This document shows, in pieces, positions 54,403-62,300 of a DNA stretch of 64,000 nt (positions are counted from its first letter, which is position 1; each line of letters starts with the position of its first letter). This DNA comes from Myxococcaceae bacterium (GTDB lineage: Bacteria; Myxococcota_A; Polyangia; Polyangiales; Ga0077539): NCBI GenBank assembly GCA_028287085.1, contig JAQBQI010000114.1:6755-70754 (forward strand), in the 5' to 3' direction. The position numbers and the translations under genes were made by a program. The notes under the pieces were generated by a model. It worked only from the letters and a program-made list of their open reading frames with translations. It ran no database searches and was not told the DNA's origin.

Positions 54403-55263
54403 CTACGCCACCGTGCGCGGCATCAGCTGCTCGAACAGCGGGTGGTGCAGGTCGTCGTGACCGGCCACCTGCCAGACCGGCGCGAGCAGGCGCCCGGGGT
54501 CGTCGACGGTGACGTCCGCGCCCAGGGCAAACCAGAGGAGACGGGAGCCGCGGTTCTCCGTCGCCACGAGCGCCGCTTCCCGCAAACGGGCGAGGCGGGT
54601 CGTGGTCGACGTGACGGTGATCACCCGGAAGCTTCGGAGACCGAAGCGGCGCACGGGACCACCCTCGCGCCACCACGCGTCGTATCCACGGAACTTGCGG
54701 CACATGCGCTCGACGGGGACCGTCCCCTGGTCCTGCTCCAGCAAGAGGCCGGTCGCGTATCCGCCGACCTCGACGACGGCGAGCCCATCGGCCACGAGCG
54801 GGACCCGCAGGGGTCTGCCGCGCTCTGCTAGATGAGTCACGTCGGCGATCTTTGTGCGGGCTGTCTCCCAGCGGAGGAGGCGGAGCCGTCCCAGCTCGTG
54901 GAGGCGTTCGAGCACGAGCGCGAAGCTGTTTCGGGCGAGGTCGTGGGCGAGTGGGAAGAGGGAGCGACGTGGAGAGGGGATGGTCGCGGGCTCCGCGTCC
55001 GTAGCATCCCCCAGGAGTTCGGCCCCCCGGCGCGTGAGGGCGTAGGCGACGGGAACGGGGTCACCGCGTAGGTTCGGAGGTGGGGCAAGGCGCAGGAGGA
55101 GACCTTCGAGTGCGAGGGCATCGAGCGGGGCGGTGACGTCCACCGGAGGGAGGTCCAGGCGGGCGGCGAGTTGGAAGGCGGAGAGCATCTCGTGACGGGC
55201 GATCAGGGCGAAGGCGGCGATGAGCCACGCCGGCCGTGGGTGAAGCAGTGAGTCTTGAAACAT
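54403..55263 (-). CDS. Replication-relaxation (Replic_Relax)-family-like protein, 286 aa
   Basis: The N-terminal winged-helix-like region is AAFALIARHEMLSAFQLAARL..LEGLLLRL. The C-terminal region, ..ADGLAVVEVGGYATGLLLEQDQGT..KFRGY.., resembles the family found on actinobacterial and myxobacterial mobile elements. The assignment rests on pattern memory only. Confidence 0.45.
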   Translation of the reverse strand: MFQDSLLHPRPAWLIAAFALIARHEMLSAFQLAARLDLPPVDVTAPLDALALEGLLLRLAPPPNLRGDPVPVAYALTRRGAELLGDATDAEPATIPSPRRSLFPLAHDLARNSFALVLERLHELGRLRLLRWETARTKIADVTHLAERGRPLRVPLVADGLAVVEVGGYATGLLLEQDQGTVPVERMCRKFRGYDAWWREGGPVRRFGLRSFRVITVTSTTTRLARLREAALVATENRGSRLLWFALGADVTVDDPGRLLAPVWQVAGHDDLHHPLFEQLMPRTVA

Positions 55264-55699
55264 AGGAGCGGGGTGGGATGGCGATCGTCGTCATGGAAGC
55301 GACGGCGAGGGCGACAAGATCGAGGGGGGTCTGGGGGTCGAGCGCACGGACCTCGGGGTACTGCCGCTGGAGTTCGGCCTGCGAGGGCGCCTGCGACGGG
55401 AGCATCGAGAGGACTGCCCCGGAAGGGGTGACCACTGGCAAGCCCGCGCGGAGTCCGATCGCGCGCAGTGTCTGGGATACAGACAGTCGGTTAGGTCCGG
55501 CGAGGCCGAGCTCGACCACTGCGCTCGGGTGGGTCTTGAGCACGAGGCGGTGGAGAGCGAGGCGAAGACCGACGCCGACACCGAGGGTGCCGAGCCCGCG
55601 CACCTCCCACGCGTCGACGACAACGTAGTGCAGACGACGGTGGCGGAGGCGGACCGCGAGCAGGCGAGGCTCGCGGCGGGGTGGATAGGGTTCGAGCAT
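55061..55699 (-). CDS. Hypothetical protein; the last ~65 codons overlap the next gene
   Basis: The N-terminal 140 aa look protein-like (RLLAVRLRHRRLHYVVVDAWEVRGLGTLG..VVELGLAGPNRLSVSQTLRAIGLRAGLPVV). They loosely recall the RNase-H/RuvC-like layout of the 56553-57167 product. The tail beyond ~55263 is Arg/Pro-rich and overlaps 54403-55263 by 203 nt. Confidence 0.35.
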   Translation of the reverse strand: MLEPYPPRREPRLLAVRLRHRRLHYVVVDAWEVRGLGTLGVGVGLRLALHRLVLKTHPSAVVELGLAGPNRLSVSQTLRAIGLRAGLPVVTPSGAVLSMLPSQAPSQAELQRQYPEVRALDPQTPLDLVALAVASMTTIAIPPRSYVSRLTASPTAGVAHRRLRPDRPSRDALRLPTRRPPGPPSGGRHRPARCPRTRRSPPAPCPTSEPTR

Positions 55700-55711
55700 A
55701 GGGGAGGGGGG

Positions 55712-56230
55712 TTACGTCGCGGTCGCGTCGCTCGCGTTCGACGAACTCAGGCGACGACGAACAGCGGCGGTGAAGTAGGCGGCGCGGCTCCGACGAATCC
55801 GTGCCGCGGGGATGGTGAGGGTCTCGTCGAGCGCCGCGCTGAGAACCCAGGCCGGAGAGGTCTCGACCAGCTGCTCGAGCGCTGGGAGGTTCCGCGCGTC
55901 GTCGAGCACCTCGGCGAGGAACCGGGCAGACGGGCGTCCCTCCGGTTCGCGGCCCGCCTCCCCTCGGACCCCACCGACGTCGTTCCGAACGATCGTTCGT
56001 TCTGTTGTTTCAGGGATCGTTTCGATCGATCGTTCGGGCACCCCCTCCGTAGGTTCCCCCGAAGCATGGGTGGGAGAACCGTCGGGCGAGGACGCGAAAA
56101 CGAGCGCCGCGAGGATGGCGCGCAGTGGCTCGCGCGGCTGGTGGAGGGCCGCGGCAAGGGCGACGAGTGGCAACCGCCGGGCGCGGGTGCCGAGGTGGAG
56201 GGTAATCTCCACATCGAGCATTGAGGTCAT
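55712..56230 (-). CDS. Hypothetical protein (172 aa) of the mobile-element operon
   Basis: ORF in the same direction, with a 4-nt overlap with the upstream gene (56227-56230). No motif recognised. Confidence 0.4.
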   Translation of the reverse strand: MTSMLDVEITLHLGTRARRLPLVALAAALHQPREPLRAILAALVFASSPDGSPTHASGEPTEGVPERSIETIPETTERTIVRNDVGGVRGEAGREPEGRPSARFLAEVLDDARNLPALEQLVETSPAWVLSAALDETLTIPAARIRRSRAAYFTAAVRRRLSSSNASDATAT

Positions 56231-56556
56231 ACCGAGCGTTCGACCGGCAGGTCATCCGGCGGCTCCGATTCGCGGACGAACACGGTCCCGATCTCGATGC
56301 CGAGCAGGTCGCCCCGTCGGACGAAGGTCAGGATAAGACGATGCCGGTTTAGCCGCAGGAGCGCTTCGTCGACGATGGGGGTCGTGAGCCGGAGCCCGGC
56401 CGCGAGGCGTTCAAGCGTGACCCACGCCCTCGCCGTCGTCGGACAGGCGTGGGGCATGAGGGCGACGAGCACTTGCAGGTCGATTGCTGAGAGGACCGAG
56501 AGCACCTGCAGGAGTGCGCCTCGGCGGAGGACGATGGTAGGGCGAAGGGAGCTCAT
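56227..56556 (-). CDS. Hypothetical small protein (109 aa), possibly winged-helix
   Basis: It has 4-nt overlaps on both sides. The composition is helix-rich (LLQVLSVLSAIDLQVLVALM..LERLAAGLRL..VDEALLRLNRHRLI). Confidence 0.4.
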   Translation of the reverse strand: MSSLRPTIVLRRGALLQVLSVLSAIDLQVLVALMPHACPTTARAWVTLERLAAGLRLTTPIVDEALLRLNRHRLILTFVRRGDLLGIEIGTVFVRESEPPDDLPVERSV

Positions 56557-57167
56557 AGGTCGGGGTGCTGACGCCGCTCGGCCTCGGCGATGAGGGAGGC
56601 GTAGTCGCCGACGTTGTGCCGCACGAGGGCGAACGCCTGGCGAGGGTGACGCTCGGCGAACTCATGGAGACCGAGCGCCACGGCATGGATGGCCCGGCGC
56701 CAGTAGAACGCTCGCTCCACGTGGCGCTCGATCCCCGTCACGACGCGGCAGGCGAGTTCTGGGAAGAAACCCCGCGCGATCTGGTCCCCGAGCTCGCCCT
56801 TCCGCGAACGTCCTCGCGTTGCACACAGCACGCGGCGGGCGGGGTCGACGGAACGCGTCACGACGCGGACCCGGGCCCTGCGAAGGTGCCGACGAACTTC
56901 CGCGAGCACGTCCCGCTGGGCAGGCCCCGCCTGCGACGCAACGCCGAGGACGACGAGGGCGGGACGGAAGCGACGGAGCGCGCGGCGGATGCGAGCGATG
57001 AGGCGCTCGACCCGGGCGCGCCCCGCCTGGGTATGGTGAAGATCGAAGACGCCGAAGCTCCCTGGGGCGAGCCCCCACCGATCCAGCGCGACGTGGCCAG
57101 TGTTGTTGAGATTGAGAACGAAGACGAGGAGGCGGGTCGGATCAGCGAATGAGGCTGGACTCGACAT
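56553..57167 (-). CDS. Hypothetical protein (204 aa), first gene of the mobile-element minus-strand operon
   Basis: RLLVFVLNLNNTGHVALD..ALVVLGV..VRVVTRSV.. suggests an RNase-H-like alpha/beta pattern. No firm family assignment. Confidence 0.45.
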   Translation of the reverse strand: MSSPASFADPTRLLVFVLNLNNTGHVALDRWGLAPGSFGVFDLHHTQAGRARVERLIARIRRALRRFRPALVVLGVASQAGPAQRDVLAEVRRHLRRARVRVVTRSVDPARRVLCATRGRSRKGELGDQIARGFFPELACRVVTGIERHVERAFYWRRAIHAVALGLHEFAERHPRQAFALVRHNVGDYASLIAEAERRQHPDL

Positions 57168-57393
57168 AACGAGTGTGATGGCCTCGCCTTGACAGATTCA
57201 CGGCTACCCCCATAAGGTAGCGGACCGCCAGGCTTGGCGCGTAGGGGTTACGTCCGCTCCGGGAAGAGCTGCCAGGCACGATCCCGGAGAGAAAGGGTGA
57301 GTTAGTCCCCCTATGATAGCCGAGTCTTGGCGGTCGTACGGAGGGGGAAGGGGTGGTGTCCTTCGAAGATATCCGCAGGACAGGTGCGGAAAG

Positions 57394-57436
57394 ACAAGCA
57401 GGCGCGAGATTCCACAGGGGTCTCGCGCCTGCTTGT
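57394..57436. promoter_or_regulatory. Perfect 16-bp inverted repeat with 11-nt loop (candidate oriT or regulatory hairpin)
   Basis: The arms are acaagcaggcgcgaga (57394-57409) and tctcgcgcctgcttgt (57421-57436), with the loop ttccacagggg between them. It lies in the lower-GC gap between the divergent minus operon and the excisionase/integrase pair. Confidence 0.55.
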
Positions 57437-57557
57437 GTTCGTCCCCCTCCTCGCGACCAAGATCGAAAGGAACAAGCTGTACGTCGTGGAGCATCCGTCG
57501 CCCCCAGCGACTGGAGTTATCCACGGCGTTCTATTCTATTATTTCACCATCTGCCAT

Positions 57558-57866
57558 ATGATGAATATGTCCGATCCGGCGCGGAATGCCTCCGCCTCTG
57601 CCCCGGCCGCCCCTTCACAACCACAGCATATGCCCAAACATCTTCTCAGTCCGCGAGAAGAGGCAGAGTTTCTCGACCCCAAAGGGGTCGCAACTCTCCT
57701 TGGAATCTCGCGGTTGAGTGTCTATCGACTGATCGAACGCAGGCTCGTCCCCTCGTACCGGATCTTCCGGTGCGTCCGCTTCCGGAAGGAGGACATCCTC
57801 GCGTTCGTCGCACGCCAACGAACCCCGGTTGTGAGCCCGCCATCGTATGGCTGCTCGCAAGATTGA
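57558..57866 (+). CDS. Excisionase-family helix-turn-helix DNA-binding protein
   Basis: ..LDPKGVATLLGISRLSVYRLIERRLVPSYRIFRCVRFRKEDILAFV.. is the MerR-like excisionase HTH pattern. It overlaps the integrase start by 20 nt. The start could be ATG 57558 or the later MPKHLL. Confidence 0.65.
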   Translation: MMNMSDPARNASASAPAAPSQPQHMPKHLLSPREEAEFLDPKGVATLLGISRLSVYRLIERRLVPSYRIFRCVRFRKEDILAFVARQRTPVVSPPSYGCSQD

Positions 57867-58989
57867 CGGCTGGTGGTACGCGGACTTCCGAGTGCGTGGT
57901 GCCCGCTACCGCAAGCGCAGCCCGGTAAACACCAAGGCGGAAGCTGAGAACTACGAGCGCTGGCTACGCGCGGAACTCGTACAGCACGACTCCCTCGACC
58001 ATCTTGAAGCCGCGGAACGCGCGAAGACCGCGCCGCCACCTACGTTCGCGGAGTTCTCCGAGCGCTGGCTCACCAACTATGTAGACCTGCACAACAGACC
58101 TCTGGAGCGACGCAAGAAGCGAGGGGTTCTTCGCCGCAACCTCCTGCCCGCCTTCGGCTCCATGGGCCTCAACGAGATCGGCGCCGCTGAGATCGACGCG
58201 TTCGCGTCGCAGCAACGCGTGCGTGGCTACAAAGCCAAGACCGTGAACAATCGGCTGTCGATGCTCCGCACGTGTCTATCTACGGCCGTCGAATGGAAAG
58301 AGCTCGACGAGATACCGAGGGTCAAGTTCCTCACGACGCCACCGCCCGAGACAAGGTTCGTGAGTGAGGACGACGCGGACCGCCTCCTTGCGGCTTGTGC
58401 CGAGCCCTGGCGCTCCCTGGTTCTCACCGCACTCCGTACGGGGCTCCGGTTCAACGAGCTCATCGCGCTTGAGTGGGACGCGGTGGACCTCGAACATGCA
58501 AAGCTGCAAGTGCTGCGCGGCGAGGTCCACGGCCATGTCGACGCGCCGAAGAACAACCGATTTCGGCCCATGCACCTGACCTCGGATGTGGTCGCGGCGT
58601 TCCGCGCTCTACCGCGAGTCCACGAACGAGTCTTCACGTATCAGGGACGGAGCATCAAGTACACGAACGCCTACAAGAAGATCACGAAGGCCTGCAAGCT
58701 GGCCGGTATCCCGCACACGAGCTGGCATCTCTTGCGCCATACGTTCGCGACACGACTCTACGAAAAGGGAGCTCACCTCAAGTCCATACAGGACCTCCTT
58801 GGTCACTCCACCATCACCATGACGGAACGCTACACGCACACGGTTTCATCCGTCCTGCGCGCGACCGTGAGCCTGCTCGAACCGGCGCCCGAGAGCGGTT
58901 GGGCAGCCAGTGGGCAGCCGCCCGCCCGGCCATCGCTCCACGAGGAGCGAACGGGCCTCACGAGGGGCGAGCATTCTCCGCTCCATTAA
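57847..58989 (+). CDS. Tyrosine integrase (phage-integrase family, 380 aa)
   Basis: The N-terminal arm-binding type start is KIDGWWYADFRVRGARYRKRS. The catalytic region reads GLRFNELIALEW..KNNRFRPMHL..SWHLLRHTFATRLYEKGAHLKSIQDLLGHSTITMTERYTH. Confidence 0.9.
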   Translation: MAARKIDGWWYADFRVRGARYRKRSPVNTKAEAENYERWLRAELVQHDSLDHLEAAERAKTAPPPTFAEFSERWLTNYVDLHNRPLERRKKRGVLRRNLLPAFGSMGLNEIGAAEIDAFASQQRVRGYKAKTVNNRLSMLRTCLSTAVEWKELDEIPRVKFLTTPPPETRFVSEDDADRLLAACAEPWRSLVLTALRTGLRFNELIALEWDAVDLEHAKLQVLRGEVHGHVDAPKNNRFRPMHLTSDVVAAFRALPRVHERVFTYQGRSIKYTNAYKKITKACKLAGIPHTSWHLLRHTFATRLYEKGAHLKSIQDLLGHSTITMTERYTHTVSSVLRATVSLLEPAPESGWAASGQPPARPSLHEERTGLTRGEHSPLH

Positions 58990-59015
58990 CGCAAAAACGT
59001 CGCGCATTCGCACGA

Positions 59016-59048
59016 CGCCTCTGCATGGAGCGGGTAGAGGGAGTCGAA
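59016..59048 (-). other. tRNA 3'-end-like fragment (T-arm + acceptor strand + CCA), candidate att site of the integrase
   Basis: The minus-strand reading is GTGGGTGGTTCGACTCCCTCTACCCGCTCCA. It has the T-loop TTCGACT, a T-stem with one mismatch, a 7-nt acceptor 3' strand and a terminal TCCA. It lies 27 nt after the integrase stop. No matching 5' acceptor strand, D-arm or anticodon arm could be folded from the adjacent sequence. Confidence 0.5.
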
Positions 59049-59207
59049 CCACCCACCAGTTCTCAATGCCTCAAGGAAAATCGCTGAAAATGCAGAGATA
59101 TCATGCCCTCCGTCGAGCGGGATATCTACCTAAGTCACCAGTTTTGGGCAGCATGTGGGCAGCGGATCGGATGAGAATATATTACAGGTTCTGTTGAAAG
59201 TCGGTGG

Positions 59208-59233
59208 CTCCCGCCCCTCGTGGCGGGAGTTTT
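59208..59233 (+). terminator. Rho-independent-type terminator hairpin
   Basis: The perfect 8-bp stem is ctcccgcc (59208-59215) and ggcgggag (59222-59229), with the loop cctcgt, followed by TTTT (59230-59233). Confidence 0.55.
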
Positions 59234-59363
59234 CGTAGCGATGAACTGGAGAGCGTCGTCGCGTGCGGCCACTGCCATCGAGTGCCAGCCGAAGATGGGG
59301 CGCTCGCGGGTCGTCATTGAGAGTGAGAAAGACTCTATGAGGTTGACGTCGGGAACGCCAAGG

Positions 59364-62300
59364 TTACTCCGCCAGGAGACTCCACGCCCTTGGGCCGAGC
59401 AGCGGCGCGGTCGCACGTACTGCGCTGATGATCCGACGGGTCGACTCATCCTCGTTGGCGGCCGGTTTGATGGAATCAATCACGCGTTCAGCGTCGTCCA
59501 ACTCGCCGGCGGCGAGGTGAATCACGGCCAACTCAAGAAGGAGATGCCGCCGTTCCCCCGACTGCGGATGATCAAGGACAGCATGATAGTAAAAATCTCT
59601 CAACTGAGGCAGGTCAGAAGCGCGTCTCGCCGCGGCACGAAGGCGCGCACGCGACTCGGCCTGCGAGGGATCGGCGACCATCGCCCAGCCCAAGTCCGCC
59701 ATCGCTTGAGCATGAGAACCGCGAAGTTCGGAGAGCATACCCGCAAAGTTCAGTACGCGGGCCGAGAGGGCACCCTCGGGATGGGATCGGTGACGGTCGA
59801 CGTCACAAAGCTTGACCATTCGGCCAACGACTTCAATGAAGAGGGGCTGGTCCGCAGACTCCGCCTGTAGTGCCGTAAATACTTTCCGGCTTTTGAACAC
59901 GTCTATAAGGTCCCAGAGGCTCTCCTCTTCGGTCATGGAGAAGCTTGCGATACGGATGTGAATGCGTGCGAAAGCCGTCTCGTCCTTCGCGTCGTTCCGC
60001 AAGACAAGGGCAATCCTGCGCATCCGCTCGCGGACTGACAACTCGTGGTTCATCGGCTGGACTTGTGCGACCTCCCTGAGTGCGGCCCAGGTCGATTCAT
60101 CTGGCGAACTTCTCCCGTCAACGTCCCGATACGGGGGCAGCGTGTTCCTGGAATCTCTCCGCGCATAAGCGTGTTGGTAGAGCATCGCGGCGCGGGGAAA
60201 ATCACGAAGCACGGACAGGGCGATGTCGGCGGCGTGCAGGAAATGGCCGCTGGCCGTGCGGGGATCCGTCGCCACATTGCCAGCCTTAATCAACCGCGAG
60301 AGCTCCCGCACCTGATCGCCGTCCACCGGTCCCTCGCACTCCTGCCTCGCAGGCAGGGCGGGAATGGCCTGCCTCGCAGGCGAGGGCAGCCGAGTCGCCT
60401 TCTTGGATAATCTCTCGACGATCAGCTGGAAATCCAGATAGAGAGAGGCGTGTGTGACCGCGCACCTCGCATGGAAAGCGCGAGCCAGCTCTTCAGCCTC
60501 GCCCTCCCCGTGGGCCAAATTGACCAGCGTCTCCACTGCCCTCCAAGTCGACGCGGGAGACAGAGCCTTGAGCGCATCGACCTTGCCAATCCACGTCTCC
60601 GCGCTCTTTTTGACGATCGGCTTCGCGCTCGCCGCTCCGATCGCCTGCCTTGTCGTGGACGGCGAGCGCTCAGCACGGGTCCGCGTTGGGTTGGGCTCCG
60701 TGGACGTCGACCGAGATGGTGAGGTCACTGGGCCCATCAGTTCAAGGAAGCGACGGTACAGCGCTGGGTCGGCGTCCGCGCAGCATGTTCGGAAGGCGAT
60801 CTGGAGAGGTTGCAACGCACCACGTGCTCTGGCGCGTTCGACGGTTCGGCGTAGCACCTCCTCCCTCCTCTCATTCGAAAGTTCGAGGATTGCGAGGGCG
60901 GTGTCCTTCCAAGTGAGCGCGCCGGGAACTTCGTCTGCTGGACGCTCCCGAGGGGTGGCTCCGAGGGCGGGCGATTCCTTGGCCTGTAGCGTCCCAGCGG
61001 TGGCTCCACTTCCGGCCTGAGCGGTCTGCGCTTCCTGTCCCGGTCCGGCGGTTGAGGGCGAACGCTTGGCCGCGCTCGAAGTCGGGGCTAGGTCGGTTCG
61101 GGTGCGGCTGACCAACGGCTGGACATCGGACCCTCGGACACGAGCGGGTTGGTGGGGCCTTGAATCGGCTCCTGATCGTGCGCGAATCTCGGTGGCGGCC
61201 AGCTGGTTCGGCGGTAGGGCTGGCGTACTCGCCTGCGAACTCGGTCGCGCGCCAACGAGTCGCGCCCGCGGACGGAGTCTGCTCAAAAGCTCGTTCGCGG
61301 CGGCGTGACGCTGATCCAGCTTCAGGATCTCCTCACACCATGAGATGGCGCCGGTAGGCGAGTGCAGGCGGTCCTGGAACAGTACCGCCATCTCCCACAG
61401 CAAGGGGATGCGAGCTGCCCCGACCTCGCATTCGAGGCGGTACCGCTTGCTAGAGAGGAGTGAGTGCCAATCCTGCCGCGCCTCTACCAGCTGCTCGAAA
61501 ACGCGCCGAACTTGGGAGAGTGAGGGGTCCCATTGGAGGAGGGGACGAATCGCTAGCAGGGGATCCTCCGCGTTCGCGATGCTCGAGGTACCCCTCTCGA
61601 CGGTGCGGTCGATGTGGCCCGCGAGGTCAACGGTCGCAGCGCCGAGTTGCACCGCCTCGCGGTAGCTTGCGAACGCCTCGGGCAGGCGGCCCAGTCGCTC
61701 CTCGAGCTCACCGAGTTCGATCAAAAGGAGGACGCGACCTGGGTCGGCGGGGTCGGCCTGGAGAACCGTCCGGAGCAAGTCGCGTCGTAGCGCGTGTTCG
61801 TTCGTAGCGCGCAGGCGGGCCAAGGCGGCATTAACGAGCGGCCGGGGCGCAGGGACGCTCGCGAGCTCCTGGAGCACATCGCGCAGCCGGACCGCGCCTC
61901 CGCCGGGGGCCTTCGGACCCATAGCGAGTGCCTGATCGAGTACCTGCTCGAGTGCCAGTTGCCGTAGTTCCTCGCGCAGGGTGGCATCGAGCGCGACCTC
62001 CGTCGCCAGCCGCAGCCGAAGGCCCGAGGAGTGATGTCTCGTGAGCGCGTCCATGGCGACTCCAAGTTCGCCCGTGACGTCGATGAAGATACGCAGGAAG
62101 CGCACCATCATCGTCTGGTCCCCGGCAGCGCTCGCCGTGCGGCAGTAGTGCTCCAGTAGGGCGTCTCGCAGGGGTGCTACGGGCGCCACGAGTTCGATCA
62201 ATGCCTTGGGCGTCGGCTGGAGCGCGAGCGCGAGCGGCAGCACCTCGGTGGCCGGCAACAACACCCGAACGCGTGCGGCGATGCTCACCGCGGTGTGGAG

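Noticed and set aside
59016-59125. Possible complete tRNA or tmRNA gene on the minus strand next to the integrase.
   Set aside because: Only the T-arm (with one stem mismatch) and the 3' acceptor strand are present. I could not find a complementary 5' acceptor strand, a D-arm or an anticodon stem in the adjacent ~110 nt, and no tmRNA tag-like reading frame was seen. It is kept only as an att-type fragment.
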